A stretch of 64,000 bases of DNA. It comes from Vicugna vicugna. Lineage: Eukaryota. A program made the translations under genes and the position numbers. The notes under the pieces are model-generated. The model searched no databases. It was not told where the DNA came from and saw only the letters and a program-made list of their open reading frames with translations. Where the stretch lies: NCBI GenBank assembly GCA_013265495.1, contig MU058540.1, forward strand, positions 1,389,696 to 1,453,695. Direction: 5' to 3'. Below, one piece after another: positions 26,904 through 38,000 of this stretch (positions are counted from its first letter, which is position 1; each line of letters opens with the position of its first letter).

Positions 26904-29900
26904 TCCTCTTTTTCTTGAACTTCACATAGTCTGAAAATCTACTAGTCATCAAAAAATTATGCAGATTTCCATGGTGCAGAAGGTGTCTTCAGAATGTCAT
27001 TTCTTATATCACCAGGCTATAAAAGGAGGATATTTTTAGGGAGGCATCTAGAAAATAAGCCATTGACACTGTTCATATTCAGCTCAGTGTAAAATCTAAA
27101 CTCCTGTTTCACATAAGTGGAAGTGAAGATTGTTACAACCTTTGGAGAGGGCAGTTTGGCAGTATCTCTCAGAATTATAATACCTGTATCCTTTGACTCA
27201 GCATTTCCATGTCTAGGAATTTCTCCTTTAGGTAGATTTGTACATGTACAAAATGACATGTGTACGAGATTATACATTGCAGCTAAAGACTGGAAATCAC
27301 ATAGATGTCAGAAAGAAGACTGATTTAGCAAGTCCAATACATCCACAAAGTGGCATATTTTTTCCAGGCAGGTGAAAACAGAATAAGGAAGTTCTGTACT
27401 GATGGAGAAAGATCTCCAAGGTACACATTGTTCTGCACCTTGGTTTGTTCACATAACAGTGTGTTATTTGCTGCTATCCTTTTGTAAAGGAAATATCTGT
27501 ATGTACTGGTATATGCATAAAGGACCTCTGGAAGTTCAGATAAGCAACTAGTAGTATTGGTTGCCCATGAAAAGTAAATGAGTGGCTGGAGGACAGGGTT
27601 GAAGGAGGAACGTTTGCCACCTTTTTGTATCTTTTTTATTTTGAATCATTATTTAAAAAACAAAACAAGCCACCTTTGCTATCTGAGGATATAGTTATAG
27701 TGATGCTATGGCCAGGGGTTCCCAAACCAATAGTTTACAACCTGGCTGGTGATCAGAATAATGGGGGACCTTTTCCAAAACGAAGATTCCAGATTTTGAT
27801 TCTATATATCTGGGTTAGGGCTTACATATCTGCATTTTACAGAAAGAGCCCTAGTAAATTTCGATTATTACTGAGTTTGGCAAACTCTGTCTTAGGATCT
27901 TTCCTACTCGAGAATATAACCGTATATATGTGTCTATGTCTATAATTTTTTAAGATTTGTAGTTAGAAATTGAAATGGCAATAGGTGGATTGCTTTTTAT
28001 TCTAGAACTTGTGAATATTTTGAAGAGGAGCAAATAAACCATCATATCTAATATCTAGGTAAATGAAAGGTTAGAACTTGAGATCCTTACAATGAGATGA
28101 TCTTTATGCTCAGCCTCTGTAGAAGCTGAGTCAACTCCTACTCTGAGCTTTTGCCCGGACTGCTTTTTGCTTTTTAGTTTTTCATTGTCATATCTTTTTA
28201 AGATGAACTTAAGTCTTAGAAATTGATAGTTTATATGTCTGACTTTTATAGCTAAGATTTGTTTTTATAATCTTCTGCAGACTTAAATGTTAGGAGAAAC
28301 TGTGCCAACTTATGGCACATGAGCTTAACATGTGACTCAGCAAGTTTCTGGTTTGGATGGCTGTCAGGCTCAGGGTAAAGAGCCTGTGTGTACACAGAAA
28401 GCTCACAGGTACCCATTTAGGTTTTTAAAATTGGAATGGATACTTAGGAATTACCCAGATTTTCCTAAAAGGAAGCTTTTTCCATAGTATGTTTTTAAGG
28501 TTGAATATCCACTCTAGAAACATTTCTAGTCTTATGAAGAAAGTGTTTTCCATAGTTTCAGAAAAACAATATGACAACTTTAAAGTTTAGCAAGTTTTAA
28601 CTACAATGAACAAAGGTAGGAATAAATAGTTCTAAGGAAGGTTCTTTTTATTTTGTTTGTTAACTCCCAGGGCAAACTATTGTAATAATTGATTATAAGA
28701 CATTTTCTTTGTAAGAGGCTATGAAGAAGACAGACTTACTGCTGTTGATTTATGCCTTTAGACATCTGGTTTTAATTCTAAAATATGAGTCACTGTAATG
28801 TGAGAATTAGTATAGGTGTAAACCAGAATACTACTAGATATCAAGAACGAAGAACTTAGTGTCGATGTTGGGTAACATTTGCTTCCTTTTCTGTGGGTAG
28901 ATCCAAAGCCATCGGGAGGGCAGTTGAAGTCCAGGCTGTCATCATGTCTGCTGCCTGGCTTTAATGGTTTGTCAGAATGCCAGTCCCCTTGATTCGAGGC
29001 TGCATGAGTAATGGGATCCTTGCATAGAACCACAGGCTAATTTGGTCATCCTGTATGGAAAAAGTCCAGTGGTGATTAAGTGTTTGTCCCAATTACATAG
29101 CTTCAGTCAGATGGTATCTTTTATTTGGTGAACAGAAGAAAAAAGCTTGGCCTACCTTTGGTTTCTCTGACAGAAGTGTTCTGAAGGCTTGCCTAGTATA
29201 TTGTTTTACATGAAAACCTTAATATTAACTAATTGGAGATATTTCTTCCCTTCCTGACTGAAATGTAAAGGTTAGACTTTCTGACACAGAATCAAATCCT
29301 GCATCTAGAATAGTTCATCAGACAGGTGCAGGAATAAAACAATCTGAATGTTGCTTATTGTTCTTGCTCTTTAAAGGTCAGGGTGCTAGATTTCAAACTT
29401 ATAGAAAAGTTTAAGAATTGCACAAGGAACACTTTTATACCCTTTGACCAGGATCATCCATCACCTTTTGTTAGCTGTTAGCACTTCACCTCATTTGCTT
29501 TATTATTGGTGCTTGTGTGTGCCCTCACTCCCCCTCCCTCCGTCCCTCCCTTTCTCTCTTTCTCTCCATGTATATACATTCTATTCTTTCTGAACTGTTT
29601 GAGAGTTAAGTTGTTTATATCATGCCTTTTACCATAAATACTTAAATGCGTATTCCTAAGAATAAATACGTCCTTACATGACTGTGGTTTAGTTATCGAC
29701 CTTGGTTCAATAACCTACCAGCCATGTTTCATTTTTTTTGTCCATTGATAAACATTGTCCTTGTATTTTTTTTTTCTTGCCTGTACAGGATCCTCTCTGG
29801 AATCATGTACTTTTTTGAGGGGGGTCATATTTCCTTAGTCTCCTTTTAATCTAGAACGATTCCTCAGCCTCTCTGTCTCACTGTCTATCTCACACAACTT

Positions 29901-30479
29901 TTGTTTAATAGAATGTTCCTCATTTGGGGTTTGCCTGGTGTTTCCTCATGGTTATATTTTGATACATGTCCCCAGTTTTGTCCCTAGGATACATCGGTAG
30001 GCAAACACACAGGCATCTGCCTCTAGTTGGTGATAGTAATTTTGATCACCCATCAGGTGATGGTCCAGTTTCTCTATACTTGTTCCTTTTGAATAAGTAT
30101 CTTTCTCTGGCTGCCAGTTAAGATTTATGTCCTCATCTAATGAGACTTGGAACTCAGCACAGGACGCCAAGGTCTCAAAGCCCTTTGTAAGTACTTAGCT
30201 TTCACAGTGACCCTGAGAAACAGGCCTCCCAATTTTTCCCCTCTTTTCTTTCCCTGTATATCACATTCTAGTACTTTTTGGGGATGGCTGTTGAAAGAAT
30301 CAAGAAGTTAAAGGTAGGACAAAGAATTTTACCTCTATACTCAAATGCTGTATTTTCCCCCTCTTCATCCCTTTTATCTGTCAGGCCTCTGCTGGTAGAG
30401 TGAAGGATGTCAAAAGGACAAAAAGAAGAGTAACAATAAAGCCCAGAGTGGCAATTAGTCATTACTAATAGCCCACTCT

Positions 30480-30870
30480 AGTATCTCTTACTGTCCTTAA
30501 TAGTAGAACACCTAATTTTCATCTGGATACATGGCCATCTGCAATGAGTAGCACATTTCCCATAGCTTGTAGCTAGGTGAGGCTGTGTGGCAGGAGACTA
30601 CATGCCTTTTTTCTGCCCTTTGTCTTTCTTGTTGACAGCAATGTGGATGTGATGTTTGTTTGAAATGCGAGCAACATCTTGGACTATGAATTGGCAACTA
30701 AAGATGGTGTTAGCAAGATAGAAGGAACATAGGTCCCTAGTGATTGAAGAGCTGCCATGTACTGCCTACCTTAGACATCTTTTACGTGAAAGAGAAATAA
30801 ACATCTTGTTCATTGAAGCCACATATTGAGTTTTCTGTTATCTGCAGCTAAGCCTACCTGACTGATAAAG
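30480..30870 (+). mobile_element. MLT1-type MaLR LTR
   Basis: gagaaataaacatcttgtt...aagccac...ttttctgttatctgcagc...ctgata 3' signature. Confidence 0.6.
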
Positions 30871-30949
30871 AGATGCTCTGGGAGGAGAGTAATACTGATG
30901 CACTTGTTCTGCTAGAAGACCCTGTCTCAGGTCTGCTACTCTTATATTG

Positions 30950-31285
30950 TTCTGAATTTGGACACTGTTCTGAGTGATGGGACCACAGTAATAAAGTCTT
31001 TCCTCCTCTTACGGAGTTACCATTCTAAAGGAGAAGTCAGACAATAAACAAAAATACCAATGTTAGCTTGCATGTGCCATGAAGAAAAATAAAGCAGGTA
31101 AGGGGCATAGGTAGGGAGTGCCAGCTCAGGGATGACTGTAGGAAAGTTGTGAAGGGAGTGGTGGTGGTGGTGGGGAAAGCCATGCAGATGGCCAGGGCAC
31201 AAGCTTTCCGGTCAGGACAAAGACTGAAGTGGGAGTCTACTTATTTTTTTGGAGGAACAGCAGGGAGGCCAGCGTAGCTCCAAAC
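30950..31285 (-). mobile_element. L2 fragment
   Basis: cattctaaaggagaagtcagacaataaac...gaggaacagcagggaggccagcgtagct. Confidence 0.6.
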
Positions 31286-31729
31286 AGCTAGACCTTTGAG
31301 AGTGATGGGTATTTTATTATGTTGATTGTGGTGATGATTTCACAGGTGTGTATATATGCCAAAACTTAAAAAACTGTACACTTTAAATATGTGCACTTTG
31401 TGGTCTGTCAACCATACCTCAATAAAGTTGTTTTAAAAAGTCATAGCTATCATAAACTAGAAACTACTCTTAAGAATCCTTATAGACAGCAATACCATAT
31501 TTGCTATTTAACCCTCTTGCTTTTGAGTTTTCTATAAAACTACCTTTCCTTGTTTGCATAGTCTTATGTTTCTTTGGGCTTGTGTATGTCCTCTTTTGTT
31601 CCATACAAAGCACAGTATGTACGAATAAATGTTTAATCATGAATTTAGAAATGTGGCCATCCTGCCAAGCAAGTGAGGGAAGTTATTGGATCTGAAATAA
31701 AGGGATCAACTAGGTGTTTTAAAAATGTA

Positions 31730-33535
31730 TGGGTTATGGAATATGACTCAGCAATAAAAAAGGATGAACTATTGGATGGATCTCAAGGGCAGTATATTGA
31801 GTGAAAAAGCCAATCTGAAATGGTCATATACTGCATGATCCTATCTATATAAATGACAAAATTATTGAGGTGAAGAATAAATTAGTAGTTAAGGGTTAGG
31901 AATGGTTTTGGGGGTGGGAGGAGCAGGGAATGATTATAAAGGGGTAGCATGAGGGGGAATGTTTGTGGTGATGCAATAGTTCTGTATCTTTATTGTGGGA
32001 GTGGTTATACAAGTCTATACACGTGATGAATGACAGAATTATACACAAACACACCAGTATCAGTTTCCTGGGTGATATATTATACTGTAGTTATGTAAGA
32101 AGTAACCGTTGTAGGAAAGTAGGCAAAGGGTATGTGGGGCTTCTCTGTATTCAACTTCTTGTGAATCTACAATTATTTTAAAAAAATAAGTTTAAAAAAA
32201 AATAAGGACTTCTGGTTCCAGAAAGATGGAATAGATGTACCTTTCCCTATTCTTATTGCTAAGTACAACTAAAATCCTGGACGTTACACATACATAAAAA
32301 GCAAGCATAGAAGACTCTGAAAGATGGTGAGAAGGCAGACCTGCTAGGAAACTTGGGACCCAAGGAACAACATGATGAGCTCTCTGGAGTTTCTTTTTGC
32401 CTCATATGTGCCAGACTTGAAGTTGAAGAAGCTGGCAACCAAGAAACACCCATGGGCAACAGACAAAACACACCCCAAGAAAAAAGGACCAGAAAATACA
32501 CCCCTTTAGCGAAAGGACCAGAAAAGAGGCAGCTTAACAAACCTTTTAGACAATACTATTCTACTCCAGCCAAACACCACAGAAAAAACTTGCCCTGTCC
32601 CAACCCATGTCACAAAGGCCAAGTGGGGAGCTTAGACTTCCACCCTTGTGAGGCTATAATGAAGTGCTCCAAACTCCAGCCAGGTGGTATCAGAGAGGAG
32701 CTGGGATTATCATTCCTATCTGGCAGTGACAAGGCATTGTTCCCTCTTGATTGATGTAGTGTCAGAAGAGTTTAAGGACTTTCACTAATGCCCAGTGGTT
32801 GAGGCTGCGAATATCCCCGTGTCAGTGGAGGCTTTGTGGGGAGCAGTAACAAGGCACTGCCACTCCCATCCATAGGAGTATTAGGAGGCCTATTGGAGAG
32901 CCAGAACTTAAACTTTAGCCCAGCAGTAATGCATAACCTTTCTCGGTGTCCAAGGAGGCTGACTAGGCAACCTGGACTTCTGTCTCCACCTGACAGTAAC
33001 AAGAGGGCACCTTCCCCCTTCTTCTGCCAGATCATTGTGAGAAAAAGCTAGCAAACAGAAGGTTTAAATAAGATCCAGAGTCAGGACATAATAAGAAAAT
33101 ATCCAAGTTTCAATCTAAAATCACTCATCATACCAAGAGCCAAGAAGATCTCAAACTGAATGCAAAAATGCAATCAATAAGTAAGACAAAGATGCTAGAG
33201 TTATTTGACAAAGATTTTAGAGCAGTCATCATAAAAGTGCTCCAGTGAGCAATTAAGAACATGCTAAAACAAATGAAGAAATAGAAAATTTCAGCAAAGA
33301 AATAGAAGATATAGAGAAGAACCAAATGAAAATTGTGGAACCTCCAAATAAAATAAATTCAGTGGGTGGGCTGGGCTCAACAGCAAGCAATCAGTAACAG
33401 GAAGTAATCAGAGAACTTGAGGATAGAACAATACAAATACCCAATCTAAACAACGGAAAATAGACTTTAAAAAATGAACAGAACTTTAGGGACTTGTGGG
33501 TCCCTGAAGATCAAATATTCATGTCAGAGTGCTCC
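31730..33535 (+). mobile_element. Old L1M pieces: a 3' end (31730-32200) followed by a 5' UTR/ORF1 start (32205-33535)
   Basis: ggacttctggttcc...aagatgg 5' start. ORF1 coiled-coil remnant (gggctcaacagca...gaacttgaggatagaacaat). Confidence 0.7.
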
Positions 33536-34484
33536 CTTTTAAAAAGGTAATTGGGGCAGGTGGGGGTAGTTCTGGGGGAAATTGAACTTAATATAAGGGA
33601 TAGGCATAGGAATGCATTGTCTGTTGATCATTTATTTTAAAAATCCAACATTTATACGATTCACCATGCTTAGACTATCTCTGAAATCAGGTAACAATTG
33701 TTTAGGGGAAGGGAACTGAATAATCGAATGGTAGAGGGACTGCGAGGGAGGAGACTTACCTTGATTTCTGTATTATGTTCATGTATTAACTATGCACAAG
33801 AATGAATAAATTTAAAATTTACTGGTGGTCAGATTTCCTATAGGCCTGTCTCCTCGGAGTATTTTGCTCAGATTTTTGCTTGAAGGTTTAAGTCCAGAAA
33901 ACTCCACCTACCCACCTTTGCCAGAGTCCACAGGTGTCCCGGACATATGGGTTACCATTTAAAGTGTATGGACGAAATAGAGTGGAAATAGCACTGTCTT
34001 ACAATAAGAACACTTGGGTTCTAGTCTTGTCTCACTAAGTAGCTGAGATCTTGAACAAGCTCTTTCAACTATTTCCCTGGGCTTCAGTGTCCTTATTTTC
34101 AAGACGAAGTTGATCTCTAAAGCCCTTGGGAATTTAAAGTTACTGTCTCATTTTCTGCTGCCTCCAGCATTTGAGTGGGTTCCTCCGCACTGCACCTCTT
34201 AGGTGTTGAGTAAACATTTACCTATTGGTTAACCAGGTAGAGGCTAAGAGGGGCACGAAGAGGATAACGAGGCTTCCCCCTTCTCATCTAGCATAAAGCA
34301 GTAGAGCGCAGTGCTTGTACGGGCCTGTGAGATCCTTGAGACTACTTTTCACTCCCCAGCCTGACTCCTGGAGTAGTTAGCTGGTGTTCAATGCATAATG
34401 AGTGAAAATGTGAGGGAAATAAATGAGACGCGGACCAAAAGGTGCATAATTATCTAGCAAATTCCTGCAAAAAAAACCCCCCAA

Positions 34485-34503
34485 ACACACACACACACAC
34501 ACA
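34485..34503 (+). repeat. (AC)n microsatellite
   Basis: About 9 AC units directly upstream of the CpG island. Confidence 0.85.
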
Positions 34504-34636
34504 ACCCCCAGACATCCTGCCTTTCCCCGCCCGAAGCTTTAAGGCGACTGCGGGGGTGTGATCCTCTGGCAGTCGAGAGGGGAAGCCTTTCAGATCTCGC
34601 TCGGCAGAGGCAGACGGCAGGGCGGAAGGAGAGGCT

Positions 34637-34672
34637 GCCAGTCGCCCGCCAGTCGCCCGCCAGTCGCCCGCC
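34637..34672 (+). repeat. Tandem repeat (GCCAGTCGCCC)x3
   Basis: Three perfect 11-mers plus GCC. Confidence 0.9.
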
Positions 34673-34852
34673 GCGCCCCGCCTCTCGCCCCGCCCCGCGC
34701 GCGTCCCCGCCGCCGCCGCCGCGCGCACTCCTCACAGCGCGTGTCCCGGGCCTCCGCGAGCCGGGCTGGCGGCGCGAGATCTCCGCGTCGTCGCGCGGGT
34801 GGGTGGGATCGTGGCGGAGCTGCGGGCGCCCCGGTAGGGGCGGCAGAGCGCC

Positions 34853-34903
34853 ATGGAGGCGGCTGGGGTGGCCGTATCCGGTCCCCGCGACTCGGCGAGG
34901 TGA
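34853..34903 (+). other. Upstream ORF MEAAGVAVSGPRDSAR* in the BLTP3A leader
   Basis: gcgccATGG strong Kozak context, 16 codons, TGA at 34901-34903. Out of frame with the main ATG at 34977 in unspliced sequence. Confidence 0.6.
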
Positions 34904-34976
34904 GGGGCCGCCTCTTCTCCGCGGCTGAGGAGGCCACAGCTGGGCGCCTGCCTTCCACGCGGGCCGCGGCTCCGGC

Positions 34977-35020
34977 ATGGCCGGGCTCATTAAGAAGCAG
35001 ATCCTGAAGCACCTGTCCCG
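34977..35020 (+). CDS. BLTP3A: BLTP3A coding exon 1 (MAGLIKKQILKHLSR)
   Basis: ggcATGG Kozak context, ...TCC CG|gtgaga. Confidence 0.95.
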
Positions 35021-38000
35021 GTGAGAGCGCCAGCGCCGGCCCCCAGCGTTTCCGGGCCCCTCCTCACCCTTCCACCCTCCTTTACGCGGTGCGCCGGTCG
35101 GGCCTCACTCTCTTCAGCCCGAGCCCGAACTCAGTAGCGATCCCTTCCTCAACTCGAGACGGACAGCCTCCTCCCCGCTCCAGTGGCCCCAACCGTTGTC
35201 ACCAGTCTGCTCTTCCCTCACCCTGGGCCCTCCGGGACCCGGCTCCCCTGCCCTAGCGCGGGTGCCCCAGGCTCTTCTCTCCATCCTAACAGACCTCCCC
35301 GTCCCTCCCGACCCCAAGGGTCTCCTGACCGGCTGCTCCCCCCTTCAGTTACCACACCGGCAAGTAGGTCACCCTGCCCTCCCTTGCTTGTCCCCCGGGC
35401 CTTCTGTCCGTCACTCCTTGGCCTTCACGATTTTCACCCTCTCCTGCCCACCCCCTGTGTTTTCTCTCCGCTTTGGACCCGCTGCCCCTACCTCGGAGTC
35501 CTCTGTCCGCCTCTTTATCCGCCCACCATCCCCTCCACGGCCTTCCTCTCCCGAGTAGACCCTTCATCCCCGGCCGGTTCTGTGTAACCCTGTGACTCAG
35601 TCCTGCATAACCCATTTGACGCCCAGATTTCCAACTCCGACACTGGTTTCTCCTTCCCAGAAGCTCTAAGCTCCTCTTTATCGTCTGGCTGACCCTGTTG
35701 CATCACCCTTGAAAAAATCCTTGCACGCACGGCCGTTCCTCCGATCTCCTTTCTCCCTCCTTTGCTTCTCTTCTAGTTAACACAGACTAAATGGAGACAG
35801 CTCATGAGAGTTGGGCGTAAAGTTTCAACAACCTTCCCTTTAAGATGCGGAGGTTTTTTGACAGCCTGTGAAAAGAACTAATGTCGTCCAGTTATGCTTT
35901 GCAGCCATTTATTAAGCAATATTATGGCCCCGAAGTCATCTGGACCAGAACCAGGTGACGGGCAAAACAGTTGCATCGTAACTGGGTGACTGCTTACCCT
36001 TATGTTACGATTGTAGATTTTTCAGAACTAGTGTCCACAAACATTGGAAGCTAGCCTTTCAATTCCTTATTCCAGGAGAGGCTTGGTAATGCCTTAATAC
36101 CTTTAGCTAGCCTTTGTCTCACAAGTGGAGAGTGATCCAGGCCTTGGCTCCACAGTGATCAGAGGTTTTCAGGAGGCCAGAATAGAGGGGCGAAGCCAGT
36201 GAACAGGCGACCCAGGCCTTGCACTAATATATCTTCCCTGGTCTTCTCATTGCCTTGGTGAGTGGTATGTGAGACAGTATGGCCGCCACTGCATCCCCTT
36301 TTCTGACTGACACTGGCATATTTACTGTTACTTTGATTTTAGATTTTAGTTAGTCAGATTCCATACATCTTTTGGTTAATCACCACACCATGTTTTAAAA
36401 GTAAAAGCAAGTTGGAAGCTAGAGCTAAAAGTGCCTTTGGACCTTTTACTTGTGTTAACTCCCTAATATGTTCTTTTTCAGGGAACAGTCATTTGGGTGT
36501 TCCATGAGTTTGGTTGTCCTGTGTAAAGACTATAGTGTATGACTAATGATTGTGAAATGAAACAGAAATTTAACTAAAGGAAACCCATTAATTTGAATAA
36601 ACATAGACTCAGAGAATTTTAGGGTTTAGAGATGATCTCACCTAACATAGCACGGTGTTTAAGCACAGTGCCTAGTATATAATAAGTGCTCAATAAAACA
36701 TGAGTTGTGGTTATTTTTGGGGCGCAACTTGTGAGACAATTTGATATAAGCCATAGACTTTGTCAGAAAAATCCACATATGCAAGCAGGTAATTTTTTAT
36801 GTAAGTTTCTTGGGCCTGGGGATTTACGAACCTTACAGTGTTAAGGCATAAGGCATCCTGGAATTACGTAAGTAACTTCTGATAGTTCAACCCCTCATTT
36901 TATGGCTGAAGAAGCTAAAGCTTAGAAGGATAAGTGACTTACCCAAGTTGTAGTGGAAGGTCAGGTAGAGAAATAAAACCCAACTTCCTAATTCTGGTGC
37001 ACTCTCCCTGGTAGGACACACATAATCTGTGTACTCTCTATGAAGAAAGAATTTTTAAAGAAAAATTTTGATAGTATATACTGACACATTAGTGAATCCT
37101 CAGTGAACAGAGTACCTCTTTTAGATGAAGTAGGAATAGTTCTGACAGATGTTGGGAGAAGTTTCTTTCCTCAGGGTTGTGTGGCTGACTGAGGAGGAGA
37201 AGGTTATTCAGGGCTGCAGTTTTAAGGCTCCCGGAAGAGATGGTAGGACATGGGTCTGATAAGGGGAAGAGCTTGGTTTAACTTGGAAAAGCTGCCTACT
37301 CATGTGTGACATTTGTGTCTCTGTATGGTCTCTTCTACACCAATAGAGGCTGGCCTGTCTGGAGGGGAACTAGCTTCCGTGGCTTGCCAAACCTGATGGG
37401 GAAAGAGAGAGAAGAGAAGGTATACTGGGTTACTATGTTAAATGAATAGTTGTAGGTGTTTAATGATTACTTGTTGCTGATGTTGACAATGCCACTTGAC
37501 TTGGAGGAGCGTCTCACAACATGAAGGCTATCCCAGTGACTTGCATATTATGTTTAATTTTGGTCATGAAGTTTCAGATATTAAAGTGTCTTGTGGTACA
37601 TTCTGCTTTTTGGTAAAGTATTTTGGTAAACAAGATTTGAAGGAGGTAGTATTCAAGATAGTTTTGTTAAGTGCTTACTCTAGGCCAGGCAGTGATCTGG
37701 GCGCTGGAGATTCAGCAGGAAAGATGTATAAACGTCTTGTAAGGGCTTTAATCTGTGGTTTGGATGGCTGCTGTAGAATATAAATAACTTCAGTGTACAG
37801 AATTCATTTAAATAGACCCAGGAGGAGACCTTTACTTAGAAACAAAAGTAATCATTTAAAAAACTATCCAAAATTGATTTTTCACTGAATTAGATTTTGT
37901 TTGAGATCGCCTTAGCTAAAGAATGACCTTTTGTTATACAAGTAAGAAGAAATATGACTGATTGTAAAGTAAGTCAGGGGACCATTGTGGCTTGGGGAAG

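Larger units (their letters stand above)
34520..35300 (+). promoter_or_regulatory. BLTP3A: BLTP3A CpG-island promoter and 5' UTR
   Basis: Very GC- and CpG-rich, with multiple GC boxes and a (GCC)n run. Surrounds the first coding exon. Confidence 0.88.

Noticed and set aside
32259..33325. Cluster of 65-133 aa ORFs
   Set aside because: They lie within an old L1 5' UTR/ORF1 remnant.
34450..35730. Many overlapping 70-180 aa Ala/Arg/Gly/Pro-rich ORFs on both strands
   Set aside because: Expected from stop-codon scarcity in a CpG island. No recognisable protein similarity.
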